NCBI GenBank assembly: GCA_035509435.1
Contig: DATJLR010000002.1
Location: 330,338-394,337 of the forward strand
Length of the DNA: 64,000 nucleotides
Source of the DNA: Minisyncoccota bacterium
GTDB lineage: Bacteria; Patescibacteriota; Minisyncoccia; UBA6257; 2-01-FULL-56-20
Direction: 5' to 3'
The notes under the pieces: model-generated
Database searches by the model: none
Told to the model about the DNA's origin: nothing
The model's input: the letters and a program-made list of their open reading frames with translations, nothing else
Part shown: positions 38,375 to 47,524 of the stretch, piece by piece
Layout: each line of letters opens with the position of its first letter
Position numbering within the stretch: position 1 is the first letter of the stretch
Translations under genes and position numbers: made by a program

Positions 38375-38467
38375 TATAGTGCCCCTATCAGGCTTACTTG
38401 ACAAAGTATCATTTTAAGTTGATGATAGGATCAGCGCGACGTTCAGATTTCCTTCCCGGAGGATCAC

Positions 38468-38953
38468 GTGCAGATCAAAGCAGGAACTACCCGAATTGTG
38501 GTGCTTTTTGGTGAAAGCGCCATCAAGTTCCCAAGATTCTCTTTGCTTCAGATACTTTTCAACACCATAAAGATCACCCGCTCCCGAGAGGAACGAGGAG
38601 CTTTTATGGGGAGGCATAACGGGAATCCGTTTTCGGCGTTGTGGAAGCGTCTCTCTGTCGGCATCGTGGCGAACCGCAACGAGTATCGCTACTACAACCT
38701 TCACAAAGACCCGCGGGTCATGCCCGTGATCCATCAATGGCTTGGAGGGTTCGTCGTCATCCAGCAAAAAGGTGACCCGGTCTCGTACGATGAGGTCATG
38801 TCAGAAGTTCCGAAGGAACTTCTGACGGACGAATACGACCTTCAAGCGGCCCGCCAGTTTTGCCGGAGCCGTTCCGACCGCCGGGTCGTATTGGTGGATT
38901 TTGGGCAAGAAACCACGACCAATTTTTTGCAGACAACGAGTGTGCAGTCGTAA
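38468..38953 (+). CDS. hypothetical protein, possible minimal protein-kinase-like fold
   Basis: GTG start with SD GGAGG; GTTR...AIK, NRNE and VLVDFG. Confidence 0.65.
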   Translation: MQIKAGTTRIVVLFGESAIKFPRFSLLQILFNTIKITRSREERGAFMGRHNGNPFSALWKRLSVGIVANRNEYRYYNLHKDPRVMPVIHQWLGGFVVIQQKGDPVSYDEVMSEVPKELLTDEYDLQAARQFCRSRSDRRVVLVDFGQETTTNFLQTTSVQS

Positions 38954-38957
38954 AACA

Positions 38958-38992
38958 AACCGGTGCTTCCCCAGCACCGGTTCTATTTTTTC
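38958..38992. terminator. bidirectional terminator
   Basis: AACCGGTGCT-TCCCC-AGCACCGGTT followed by a T run. Confidence 0.7.
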
Positions 38993-39000
38993 GCATCATA

Positions 39001-39450
39001 CTATTCCGCTTTTGCCACCACTATCCCAAGCTTTGCCGTCACGCCTTTCTTGAGGTCGATCGGCACGGAATGTTCGCCAAGTTCCTTGATGGGATATTTG
39101 AGATCGATGTCGATGCGTTCGGCGCCGATCAGTTTGTGTTCCCGAAGCGCCTTTAAGATCGTCTCCTTATTGACCGAGCCAAAGACCGCGCCGGTCTTGT
39201 CGGTCTTGATATCGAACTGGATCTTGGTCTCGTTGATCCTGCGGGCGATGCCCTCCAAATGCGCCATTAATTCCTTATCCTCCTTTTCGTGGGCGGCCTT
39301 TGCAAATTCCACCTTTTTTACCGCGTCGGCCGTGGCCGCCTCGGCGAATTTATTTGGCAAGAGAAAGTTCCGGGCATACCCGTCGCTTACTTCTTTTATT
39401 TCATATTTTTTGCCGACGTTACGCACGTCGCTCAGAAATATAACTTTCAT
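39001..39450 (-). CDS. rplI: 50S ribosomal protein L9
   Basis: MKVIFLSDV, GYARNFLLP and FGSV motifs. Confidence 0.96.
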   Translation of the reverse strand: MKVIFLSDVRNVGKKYEIKEVSDGYARNFLLPNKFAEAATADAVKKVEFAKAAHEKEDKELMAHLEGIARRINETKIQFDIKTDKTGAVFGSVNKETILKALREHKLIGAERIDIDLKYPIKELGEHSVPIDLKKGVTAKLGIVVAKAE

Positions 39451-39469
39451 ACGATCATTATGGAACAGT

Positions 39470-40789
39470 TTATTGGCCGCTCGTGCTGCTCGCCATTGCT
39501 GCCGTGCTTGTCGGGCTCGTGTCCGCCGATGGCGGCAGCGGCGTGCCATCGATCTCGTCAGTCACGATCTGCAACGCTTTGTCGAGTTGCGGATCCTTGC
39601 CGGCCGCAATGTCCGCATCGGTGATCGCCACCGGATAGTTCGGCAGAAGGCCGTCATGGTCGAGGATCCTGCCGTTCGGTAGCACCCAGTGTGCCACGGT
39701 GATCTTGAGCGATGAGCCGTCCGGAAGGTTCTCCAATTGCTGGACCGTCCCCTTGCCGAACGTGCGCGCGCCAACGAGCGGCACGCCGCGATCGTCGTTC
39801 AATGCTCCCGAAAGGATCTCCGCCGCGGACGCGGTGCCGCCGTCGGCCAGGATAGCCATGGGCATAGTGTCCAACGCTCCGCTGCCCGTTGCCGTGTAAT
39901 CCTGTTCAGGCACCGTACGGCCGACCTCCTTTACCACCGGCGATCCCGGCTTGAGGAAATATCCAGCGAGGTCGACTGCCACCTCAAGGTAACCGCCCGG
40001 ATCACCCCGCAAATCTAATACGATCCCCTTTGCATTATCATTCACCGCGCTCTGGAGCGCGTTATAGAACAAGCTGTCGGAGTCCTGTGTGAATTCATTC
40101 AGTTGGATATCGGCGATGCTCCCTTTCATTGAAAATTCCACGGTCGGCACTTGGATATTTGCGCGGGTGATCGTAAAGTTCTTCGGCGCGCTCCATCCGC
40201 TGCGCAGGATGCCGAGCGTCACTTTTGTGCCGACGTCGCCGCGGATCAGGTTCACCGCATCGTCCACATTCATGTCCGCCGTCGAGGTGCCATTGATGGA
40301 CGTGATGATGTCCTGCGGCTCCAATCCCGCCGCGAATGCCGGCGTGCTGCTGATCGCCTCGATGATGACGATCTGCGTGCTGCTGTTCTCGCCGAGCTCA
40401 GCACCGATCCCGCCGAAATTGCCGGTGATATCCTGCTGGAACTGGTTACTGTCCGCCGGCGTGAAAAATTCCGTATACGGATCGCCGAGCGACGAGACCA
40501 TGCCGTTGATCGCGCCGTACATCATATCCTGCGGCGTCGTGCTGGGGATCCAGAGCGATTCGTTCTGCAAGTCCTGCCATGCCGCCCAGAACGTGTCGAA
40601 GTCCGCCGCGCTCGCCGTCGACGTCCCCGGATTGATGTTCGCCGCCTCCGTCACGACGATGTCCTTTGGATAGTTTCGCCCTGCCGTCCATCCGATCCAC
40701 ACCCCGCTCCCTAATATCACTGCCGCCAAAACGACGATCGCAACGATCTCGAGGATTCGTTTTTTGGTCTCGCGGGTCATGGGGTTCAT
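39470..40789 (-). CDS. S41-family C-terminal processing peptidase with PDZ domain
   Basis: DPYT, GIGA, LDLRGDPGG, TASAAE and TFGKGTVQ motifs. Confidence 0.92.
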   Translation of the reverse strand: MNPMTRETKKRILEIVAIVVLAAVILGSGVWIGWTAGRNYPKDIVVTEAANINPGTSTASAADFDTFWAAWQDLQNESLWIPSTTPQDMMYGAINGMVSSLGDPYTEFFTPADSNQFQQDITGNFGGIGAELGENSSTQIVIIEAISSTPAFAAGLEPQDIITSINGTSTADMNVDDAVNLIRGDVGTKVTLGILRSGWSAPKNFTITRANIQVPTVEFSMKGSIADIQLNEFTQDSDSLFYNALQSAVNDNAKGIVLDLRGDPGGYLEVAVDLAGYFLKPGSPVVKEVGRTVPEQDYTATGSGALDTMPMAILADGGTASAAEILSGALNDDRGVPLVGARTFGKGTVQQLENLPDGSSLKITVAHWVLPNGRILDHDGLLPNYPVAITDADIAAGKDPQLDKALQIVTDEIDGTPLPPSADTSPTSTAAMASSTSGQ

Positions 40790-40807
40790 TTTACCATGGA
40801 GTGCAAT

Positions 40808-40842
40808 AAAAGAAAGGGTCCCGCGCGAAACGCACGGGACCC
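40808..40842 (-). terminator. intrinsic terminator
   Basis: GGGTCCCG...CGGGACCC stem with an A run on the plus strand. Confidence 0.65.
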
Positions 40843-40861
40843 GTGTTATCAAAACGTTATT

Positions 40862-41089
40862 TCAACTCCCACCGAACTCAGCAGCTTCCGGAACGATGAA
40901 AAGAAAAGCCATCGCGAACAATTCCGCGACAACCCAGCCCATCAGAGCGAAGACAACCCAGTGATTCCTCCCTTGCTGCTCCCATCGGTCAAGGAAACCC
41001 CCCAACAACACCACGCCCATTGAGGTCAGCAACAGAGTGTGGGAAATCGCAGTTGCGATCTGGACCCGCCTAATTCCTGACTTCGTCAT
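40862..41089 (-). CDS. small 2-TM hypothetical protein
   Basis: SD AGGAGG, consensus promoter and own terminator. Confidence 0.65.
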   Translation of the reverse strand: MTKSGIRRVQIATAISHTLLLTSMGVVLLGGFLDRWEQQGRNHWVVFALMGWVVAELFAMAFLFIVPEAAEFGGS

Positions 41090-41110
41090 ATCGATACCCT
41101 CCTAGCAAAC

Positions 41111-41139
41111 ATTATAATATTAATAAAATCATTTGTCAA
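41111..41139 (-). promoter_or_regulatory. consensus sigma70 promoter
   Basis: TTGACA-17 nt-TATAAT. Confidence 0.8.
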
Positions 41140-41167
41140 TTATCTTCAAATGCGTTAGAATGGTTCC

Positions 41168-41467
41168 ATGGCACGGATGCGCGGGAAATACGTTGCCGAG
41201 CTCAAGCGCCGTGGCAAGGAGTCGCATGTTTACAAGAAATACCAGCTCATCGGCCTTGAGATCGCGCAAATATTGGGCGACGAAAAGCATAAAGCGCTCT
41301 ATATCAAGCTCGCCAAGGAGCATGATGCGGACACGCTGATGCGCCTCGCAAAGGACGTCGCCGATCGCACGAACGTAAAGAACAAAGGCGCATACTTCAT
41401 GACCGTACTTAAGGAGGAGGTCACGGCACAGTACCGCGTCACGAAAAAACAGACCAAAACGAAATAA
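41168..41467 (+). CDS. basic hypothetical protein
   Basis: LGDEKHKALYIKLAKE...NKGAYFM; coupled to def. Confidence 0.75.
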   Translation: MARMRGKYVAELKRRGKESHVYKKYQLIGLEIAQILGDEKHKALYIKLAKEHDADTLMRLAKDVADRTNVKNKGAYFMTVLKEEVTAQYRVTKKQTKTK

Positions 41468-41468
41468 C

Positions 41469-41972
41469 ATGGCACCCGAGATCGTCACTATCGCGCAGAA
41501 GAGAGACGAGAAATTTCTGCGGAAAAAGACCGTTCCGTTCGATTTCAAAAAATTCACCCGAAAAGAGATCAATGACCTGATCATGCGCATGCAACGCGCC
41601 ATGCACGCGGCGAACGGCATCGGCCTTTCCGCGAACCAGATCGGGCTCACGTTCTCGGTGTTCGTGGCCGAAGTGCCCGACGCGCAGGGCGGCACGAAGT
41701 TCTATGCCGTGTTCAACCCTAAAATAGAGAAGTCCAGCAAGGAGCTGATCACGTTCGAGGAAGGATGCCTGAGCGTGCCGGGCAAATGGGGCGATGTCAC
41801 GCGCTCGGAGCAGATCATCGTGAGCGGTTACAACAAGATGGGCAAGCCGGTGAAGGTAAAGGCATGGGGATTGCTCTCGCGCGTCTTCCAGCACGAGATC
41901 GACCATCTGAACGGAAAGCTTTTCATCGACCGCGCCAAAAGTGTGCACGAATCGGAACAAACTTCCGAATGA
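41469..41972 (+). CDS. def: peptide deformylase
   Basis: GIGLSANQIG, EGCLS and QHEIDHLNG motifs. Confidence 0.97.
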   Translation: MAPEIVTIAQKRDEKFLRKKTVPFDFKKFTRKEINDLIMRMQRAMHAANGIGLSANQIGLTFSVFVAEVPDAQGGTKFYAVFNPKIEKSSKELITFEEGCLSVPGKWGDVTRSEQIIVSGYNKMGKPVKVKAWGLLSRVFQHEIDHLNGKLFIDRAKSVHESEQTSE

Positions 41973-41989
41973 TATTGGATTAAATAACG

Positions 41990-42838
41990 ATGAAATACGT
42001 TTTCTTTGGAACGCCGAGATTTGCGGAGATCGTGCTCGGCGGCCTGATAGACGCGGGTATGGTGCCTACAGCGATCGTGTGCAATCCCGACCGGCCGCTC
42101 GGCCGGAAAAAGGTCATAACTCCCCCACCGACAAAACTCCTGGCCCTTAAAGCTTCGCCGGACATCGACATCATCCAGCCGGAAGCGCTTGATGAAATAT
42201 TCATAAAACGGCTTCGTGCGCTCGAACCGGATTTTTTCGTCGTTGCGGCATATGCGAAGATAATTCCCCAGGCGGTGCTTGATATCCCCCGTCTCGGCAC
42301 GCTTGGCACGCATCCTTCGCTTCTGCCTGCGTATCGGGGCGCGTCGCCCATCCAGTCCGTGATCCTTGCCGGCGAGACGAAAACCGGCGTGACCATTTAC
42401 CAGATGGATGCCAAAATGGACCACGGCCCGATCCTCGCGCAGGAGGAGATCCCGCTTGATCCGCTTATCACGAATTATCTTGCGCTTGAAGAGCGTCTTG
42501 CCGTCCTGTCGGGAAAATTGTTGGTAAAAACCATTCCCGCGCTTCTTGATGGCAATGTCGCACCGCGCGTCCAGGACGAGTCGCGCGCGACATTCACAAA
42601 AAAATTCACGACCGATAACGGCTTCGTGGAACAGTCAGAGCTCGATCCCGCGATCGCGGGCAATAGCGACAAAGCGGAACTGATCGTGCGAACGATCAAT
42701 GCGCTCAATCCGGAGCCGGGGGCGTGGACGCTGCAGAACGGCAAGCGCGTGAAACTGCTTGAAGCGCGGATGGACGGCGGCGCACTGAAACTGATGGCCA
42801 TCCAGGAGGACGGCCAGAAGCCAAGACGGCTTCTCTAA
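41990..42838 (+). CDS. fmt: methionyl-tRNA formyltransferase
   Basis: [22 protein letters not shown] and MDHGP motifs. Confidence 0.95.
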   Translation: MKYVFFGTPRFAEIVLGGLIDAGMVPTAIVCNPDRPLGRKKVITPPPTKLLALKASPDIDIIQPEALDEIFIKRLRALEPDFFVVAAYAKIIPQAVLDIPRLGTLGTHPSLLPAYRGASPIQSVILAGETKTGVTIYQMDAKMDHGPILAQEEIPLDPLITNYLALEERLAVLSGKLLVKTIPALLDGNVAPRVQDESRATFTKKFTTDNGFVEQSELDPAIAGNSDKAELIVRTINALNPEPGAWTLQNGKRVKLLEARMDGGALKLMAIQEDGQKPRRLL

Positions 42839-43452
42839 TTTGCCACAGCGAACTTTTGTCCCACCGCTTCCCAATCCACTACGTTCCACCACGCGTCGAT
42901 ATAATCCGGCCGCTTGTTCTGGTATTTCAGATAATAAGCGTGCTCCCAAACATCGAGGCCGAGCACCGGCACTTGCTTCTTCATGAGCGGACTATCCTGG
43001 TTTGGCGTTGAGGTGACGGCCAGCTTTCCGCCTTCCTCGCGAACAAGCCATGCCCACCCCGAGCCAAAGACCCCGCCGACGGCCTTCGTAAAATCTTCTT
43101 TGAACCTCTCAAATCCGCCCAGATCGGTCTCTATCGCGGCAGCCAGCGTGGCGCCCGGCTTGCCGTTCTTGTCCGCCGGTCCCATGATCGTCCAAAAGAA
43201 CGAATGATTGCTGTGGCCGCCGCCATGATTGCGCACTGCAGTACGGATATCTTCCGGCACGATCGTGTCAATGCCCGCGAGCAGCTCCTCGAGCGGCCGC
43301 TCGGCGATCTCCGGATGTTTCTCGAGCGCCTCGTTCAATTTGTTGATGTACGCCTGATGATGTTTTGTATAATGGATCTCCATCGTCTTCGCGTCGATGT
43401 ACGGCTCCAATGCATCATATCCGTACGGCAATTTTGGCAATTCATATTTCAT
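42835..43452 (-). CDS. sodA: Fe/Mn superoxide dismutase
   Basis: [18 protein letters not shown] and DVWEHAYY motifs. Confidence 0.95.
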   Translation of the reverse strand: MKYELPKLPYGYDALEPYIDAKTMEIHYTKHHQAYINKLNEALEKHPEIAERPLEELLAGIDTIVPEDIRTAVRNHGGGHSNHSFFWTIMGPADKNGKPGATLAAAIETDLGGFERFKEDFTKAVGGVFGSGWAWLVREEGGKLAVTSTPNQDSPLMKKQVPVLGLDVWEHAYYLKYQNKRPDYIDAWWNVVDWEAVGQKFAVAN

Positions 43453-43608
43453 GATTTTTTAAATTGATTAAATTTTTGTTAAAAATTGTTTGCAATTCTG
43501 ACCTGACACGACCATGATTCATTATACAATCTATTGCCGTGAAAAATAACCTAGAGAGAACTGCCGTTGCCGGGTGGACACAGGGCGTGGTAGAATCCTT
43601 TCGTTAAT

Positions 43609-43681
43609 TGGGGGGTGGTGTAATTGGTAACACGTCTGCCTTTGGAGCAGAAGACTTCAGGTTCGAGCCCTGGCCCCCCAG
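43609..43681 (+). tRNA. tRNA-Gln(TTG)
   Basis: TGGGGGG/CCCCCCA acceptor, TCTGC-CTTTGGA-GCAGA anticodon arm, GGTTCGAGCCC T arm; upstream TTGCCG-18 nt-TAGAAT promoter. Confidence 0.95.
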
Positions 43682-43817
43682 CCTCTTAGGACGCAGTATC
43701 GTGCGTCCAGGGAGCGTCAAACTCCCTTATATTTCAGCGGATCAATTTTTGATTTTTTGACCCTTTCCGGACGCGGTATCGGTGGAAAAAATGTAGTACG
43801 GGTCGTGGACCCAGAAC
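43679..43817 (+). repeat. palindromic repeat copy A (40-bp core plus ~99-bp right arm)
   Basis: core CAGCCTCTTAGGACGCAGTATCGTGCGTCCAGGGAGCGTC at 43679-43718; right arm closely similar to copy B. Confidence 0.92.
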
Positions 43818-43841
43818 CAAGTATCAATAATTCTCCTTTTT

Positions 43842-44366
43842 CTAATCGCTTTTTATTATCTCAATAATTTTTCCTACTACGCCATCAAGGTCCCCTTCGG
43901 TGTTAACCGGGATCGCCCCCAGTGAGAGAAGCAACGGATCGTATTCTTTTTGCCACTCGATATTATCCTCCTGTTCCGCCTCCGTCTTCCCATAGCCGGA
44001 CTTGTTGACCCTCGTCCGCATCCGATGAACGAGCGTCTCGGGATTGCTTTGGAGTAGTATTATTTTGTCGAAGAGCGAGAAGAATTCATTTTGGTTGCTG
44101 CCGCTCGTGCTGCCAACCATGACGACTGCCGGGTTTTGCTCGAGCATCTCTTTCACTTTCCCAATATCGCAAAGCCGATCCACCGTATCGAACCAATCCT
44201 TTGAATGGACGGGTGCGTACTCAACCGCCATCTTGGTTTTCTTGTCTTGCCAGAAAAATACGCCGGGTACGTCATGGAGGTCGATGGCCTGGATCCCTTT
44301 TCCATTCAGCGCTTTCGCGATCGTGGATTTTCCGGTTCCGGCTATGCCCGTGATCAGGACTTTCAT
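43842..44366 (-). CDS. P-loop nucleotide/shikimate kinase-like protein
   Basis: ITGIAGTGKST. Confidence 0.8.
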   Translation of the reverse strand: MKVLITGIAGTGKSTIAKALNGKGIQAIDLHDVPGVFFWQDKKTKMAVEYAPVHSKDWFDTVDRLCDIGKVKEMLEQNPAVVMVGSTSGSNQNEFFSLFDKIILLQSNPETLVHRMRTRVNKSGYGKTEAEQEDNIEWQKEYDPLLLSLGAIPVNTEGDLDGVVGKIIEIIKSD

Positions 44367-44368
44367 GT

Positions 44369-44917
44369 TCAGTCGACCAGTTTAGCTATTAAAGGGAATT
44401 CCTTATACGGCTGCTTGAACGTTCCCGACCCCATATGCCCTTCGCCGTGAAGAATGATCTGCGTCCCTCCGAGATGGTCGAACATGATCTTTCCTTGAAC
44501 GTCGCTGCATTTCCAGGGGTCGTTGTCCGAGTTGATGAAAATAATATCCTTTACGTGGGACTTTATGACGTCCCATTTCAGTTCGTCCTTCGCGTCGCTT
44601 GCTGCAGTTTTCGGCAGCGCCTCGGCGTATCCAGCGACGAGGATCGCCTGTTTTACCCGGACATCAACCTTTTCAAGGATATGCAGGATGAGCGCGGATC
44701 CTTTCGAGTGGCCGACGAGCACGGTGTCTTCAGAAATCGTGCCGTTCTTGAGGGCGAAAGGAAGCCACTCTTCGACGTTCGGTTTGTCCGCATTGGGGAG
44801 CTGAGGAAGCCATACGGAATACCCGCGAGCTTCCAGCTTCTCTTTTAAATAAGGAAACCAAAACTCGTCAGGGCGTGTTCCCATGCCATGAAAGATAATT
44901 GCGTTCTTTGTCGGCAT
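44369..44917 (-). CDS. RBBP9/YdeN-family alpha/beta hydrolase
   Basis: FHG, GHSKG nucleophile elbow, SDNDPW and GHM motifs. Confidence 0.87.
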   Translation of the reverse strand: MPTKNAIIFHGMGTRPDEFWFPYLKEKLEARGYSVWLPQLPNADKPNVEEWLPFALKNGTISEDTVLVGHSKGSALILHILEKVDVRVKQAILVAGYAEALPKTAASDAKDELKWDVIKSHVKDIIFINSDNDPWKCSDVQGKIMFDHLGGTQIILHGEGHMGSGTFKQPYKEFPLIAKLVD

Positions 44918-44923
44918 AACGAT

Positions 44924-45673
44924 TTATTGATATCCCCCATCCACCTTGAGCGTCTGCCCGGTGATGTTGTTCGCGTCCTCGGAGGCGAAGAAAAGCACCG
45001 GCCGCGCGATCTCCTCCGGCGTGGCGAATTTTTTGCGGGCGATGCGCGCGGTCTCTTCGGCGATGAATTCCGGCGGGAGCAGTGCATTCATATCGGTATC
45101 CACCCATCCCGGCGCAACGGAGTTTACAAGGATATCCGGGGCAAGTTCTTCCGCTAGATTTCTTGTCATGCTTATAAGGCCTGCTTTCGCCGCGTCGTAA
45201 TCGATCGATTCGGGCGACGTGGTATCAACCCCGTTGGTCGAGGAGATATTGATGATCCTTCCCCACTTCTGCTTCTTCATGATGGGGATGACCGCCTTGG
45301 CGCAGATGAACGGACCGATGAGATCGACCGCCAGCATCTTCTGCCAATCCTCGACGGTCTTCTCGGAAAACCGCTTGTCGACGACGATCCCGGCGTTGTT
45401 GACGAGAATATCAACCCGGCCGAATTTCTCCATCCCCGCCGCGACCATTTTCCCCACTTCTTCTTCCAACGAGACGTCCGCCTGATAGATCAGGGCATGA
45501 CCGCCCGATGACTCGATCTGGCCCGCAACCTCCTCGGCCTTCCCCTTTTCCTTGAAAAAGTTAACGACGACGTTGGCACCCTCCTTACCGAATTCGAGGG
45601 CAATGGCCCTGCCGATCCCACGGCTCCCGCCGGTCACGATCACCGTCTTTCCTTCGAATCGCTTGGCATTCAT
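44924..45673 (-). CDS. SDR oxidoreductase (FabG-like)
   Basis: TGGSRGIG, NNAG, YDAAK and VDGG motifs. Confidence 0.92.
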   Translation of the reverse strand: MNAKRFEGKTVIVTGGSRGIGRAIALEFGKEGANVVVNFFKEKGKAEEVAGQIESSGGHALIYQADVSLEEEVGKMVAAGMEKFGRVDILVNNAGIVVDKRFSEKTVEDWQKMLAVDLIGPFICAKAVIPIMKKQKWGRIINISSTNGVDTTSPESIDYDAAKAGLISMTRNLAEELAPDILVNSVAPGWVDTDMNALLPPEFIAEETARIARKKFATPEEIARPVLFFASEDANNITGQTLKVDGGYQ

Positions 45674-45716
45674 GGGTTTATAATAGCATCAGAGAAGCTT
45701 CTTGAATATACGGGCG

Positions 45717-45874
45717 GTTGCGAATCGTTGCCGGGCAGCCTCTTAGGACGCAGTATCGTGCGTCCAGGGAGCGTCATTTGCTCCCAGGTTTCATCGAATC
45801 AATTTTCGATTTTTTGACCCATCGTGAACGCGGTATCGGTGGAAAAAACGTAGTACGGGTCGTGGACCCAGAAC
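45717..45874 (+). repeat. palindromic repeat copy B (19-bp left arm, core, right arm)
   Basis: core at 45736-45775; left arm GTTGCGAATCGTTGCCGGG shared with copy C, right arm shared with copy A. Confidence 0.92.
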
Positions 45875-45996
45875 TGAAAACAAATTTTCTTGGGAAAGGT
45901 AACCAGTTCCCAGTTCTGAGCGCTTTATAAAAATAGGAAAGGCCTGACGCAAAGAATCTTTCGATTCTCCATGTCAGGCCAGTTGTATAAGTGTAT

Positions 45997-46602
45997 CTAT
46001 GATGCGCGCTCTGCGATGAGCGAGTTCGGCTTGCGTAGCGCAAGGAGTCCGATTGCCGCATGCTGCACGAAGCACATGATCGGGTTCGCCAGATCTGCCG
46101 GATGTCCTTCCCACCGCAGTATCACTACCACGATGCTGAGAACAAATGCGAAGGCCCAGATCAGCCACGGTGCGGCCGGCTCGTTGCGAGAATCCTTCAT
46201 GACATTCCGATAGGTCGGGAGAAATCCGAGGATGTAGCATCCCTGAAGGATCAGGTTTGCGTACATGGCGGAATGGAACATCCACCACGCGCCCAAGGAC
46301 AAGGCTCCGACGACCAGGATCAGCTTGTCGGGAAGGTCGAGCTTCGATCCCCTGCCCTTGCGGAGCAAGAGGATGGTGAGGGTTACGAGACAGATGAAGC
46401 AGTCGGTAAACGCCACGACCGTCTTCACCCAATCGCCGCTCATCACGAGATAACTCGAGGAGTTGATCACCGTGATGAAGCTGAACAATGCCCAACTGAC
46501 GATGCTCGGGCTGGTCTTTCCAGCGAGCATGTCCTTGTTGTACATCACGAACGCGATCAAGAAGATCACGCTTGCTACCAACGTCAGGACCGTAGCCATC
46601 AT
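45997..46602 (-). CDS. multi-TM membrane protein (PQ-loop-like repeat pattern)
   Basis: SD AAGGAGG; GKTSPSIVSW and LPTYRNV...EPAAPW motifs. Confidence 0.8.
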   Translation of the reverse strand: MMATVLTLVASVIFLIAFVMYNKDMLAGKTSPSIVSWALFSFITVINSSSYLVMSGDWVKTVVAFTDCFICLVTLTILLLRKGRGSKLDLPDKLILVVGALSLGAWWMFHSAMYANLILQGCYILGFLPTYRNVMKDSRNEPAAPWLIWAFAFVLSIVVVILRWEGHPADLANPIMCFVQHAAIGLLALRKPNSLIAERAS

Positions 46603-46730
46603 GGCGACTCCCTCCTTTTCTGTGAATTTTGAAATGTACTGCCACTCCGTCAGAGGCCGCAAATTTCATTCGTGGACTCTGGTGAGTGGGCGATGCGACG
46701 GGGTTTATCCCATAGCATCGCCCGAACGGT

Positions 46731-47381
46731 TCAGAATGCGGAGATCCGCAGTCCGAACCCAACTGATACTTTTTTTGAACTGTCATTCAGGACGAAGAGT
46801 CCCGGCAAGAAATGCGGCGTCCGTTTGGGATGGACGAGAACCCAATTCTCGTTGTAGTACGAGCCGCCGGGGAAGATCCTGATGTACGACTCGATGTGCC
46901 ATCCGAGGTTTTTGCTCAGCGCGAAGGTATTGGTCCCTCCGGCGACGAGCAGATTATTCGGGCGTACGCCTTCGAAGCGGGGAAGCGCGGTGACGAACAT
47001 GAATGCCATCGGCTTCTTCAGCTGCGGGGCGATCGCAATCGGATTGATGCGCGGCCCGATCTGCACGAAGTGAGTGCCCTTGTTCGGTGCGCCACCGACT
47101 TCGGTATGCACCGAAAACCATGATGCCTCGCTTGGCGTGTAGATGATGAGATGATTCGTGAAGAACGGCTCGTAGGGAGCCACTTCTCCAAAACCATATC
47201 CGCTCATCCTCCCTGTCGGGATCTTCAAGCTCCATCCATACTGCGGATAGAACACCGCTCCGTCACTGCCCCCGAATTGATCGCTATACAGATGCAGCGA
47301 TGCCTTCGGGGTCTCTTGGGCATGCAGGCCCGTGGCTGCTACTGCAAGGGTTAAGGCGATCGTAAGGACAATGCGTTTCAC
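46731..47381 (-). CDS. secreted beta-rich protein with C-terminal Phe
   Basis: GTG start with GGAG; signal peptide ending LHA|QE; ends VSVGFGLRISAF. Confidence 0.7.
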   Translation of the reverse strand: MKRIVLTIALTLAVAATGLHAQETPKASLHLYSDQFGGSDGAVFYPQYGWSLKIPTGRMSGYGFGEVAPYEPFFTNHLIIYTPSEASWFSVHTEVGGAPNKGTHFVQIGPRINPIAIAPQLKKPMAFMFVTALPRFEGVRPNNLLVAGGTNTFALSKNLGWHIESYIRIFPGGSYYNENWVLVHPKRTPHFLPGLFVLNDSSKKVSVGFGLRISAF

Positions 47382-47432
47382 GGCTGATCTCCATTTCTGA
47401 CAGTCTTCAATTGTTCCCAGACTGCTGGGAAT

Positions 47433-47478
47433 ATTATAGCATGTATATATTGACATTGTCAAGCCTGTGTGGTATGCT
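47433..47478. promoter_or_regulatory. overlapping divergent sigma70 promoters with palindromic -35 boxes
   Basis: TTGACA-T-TGTCAA at 47450-47462; plus-strand -10 TATGCT (17-nt spacer), minus-strand -10 TGCTATAAT (18-nt spacer). Confidence 0.75.
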
Positions 47479-47524
47479 AAACCCAGCTCGTCACAACGAG
47501 TTATTTCAGCAAAGGAGGTGCGGC

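Noticed and set aside
45718-46061. Short ORFs across repeat copy B
   Set aside because: They lie over the non-coding repeat and are not conserved as frames in the other copies.
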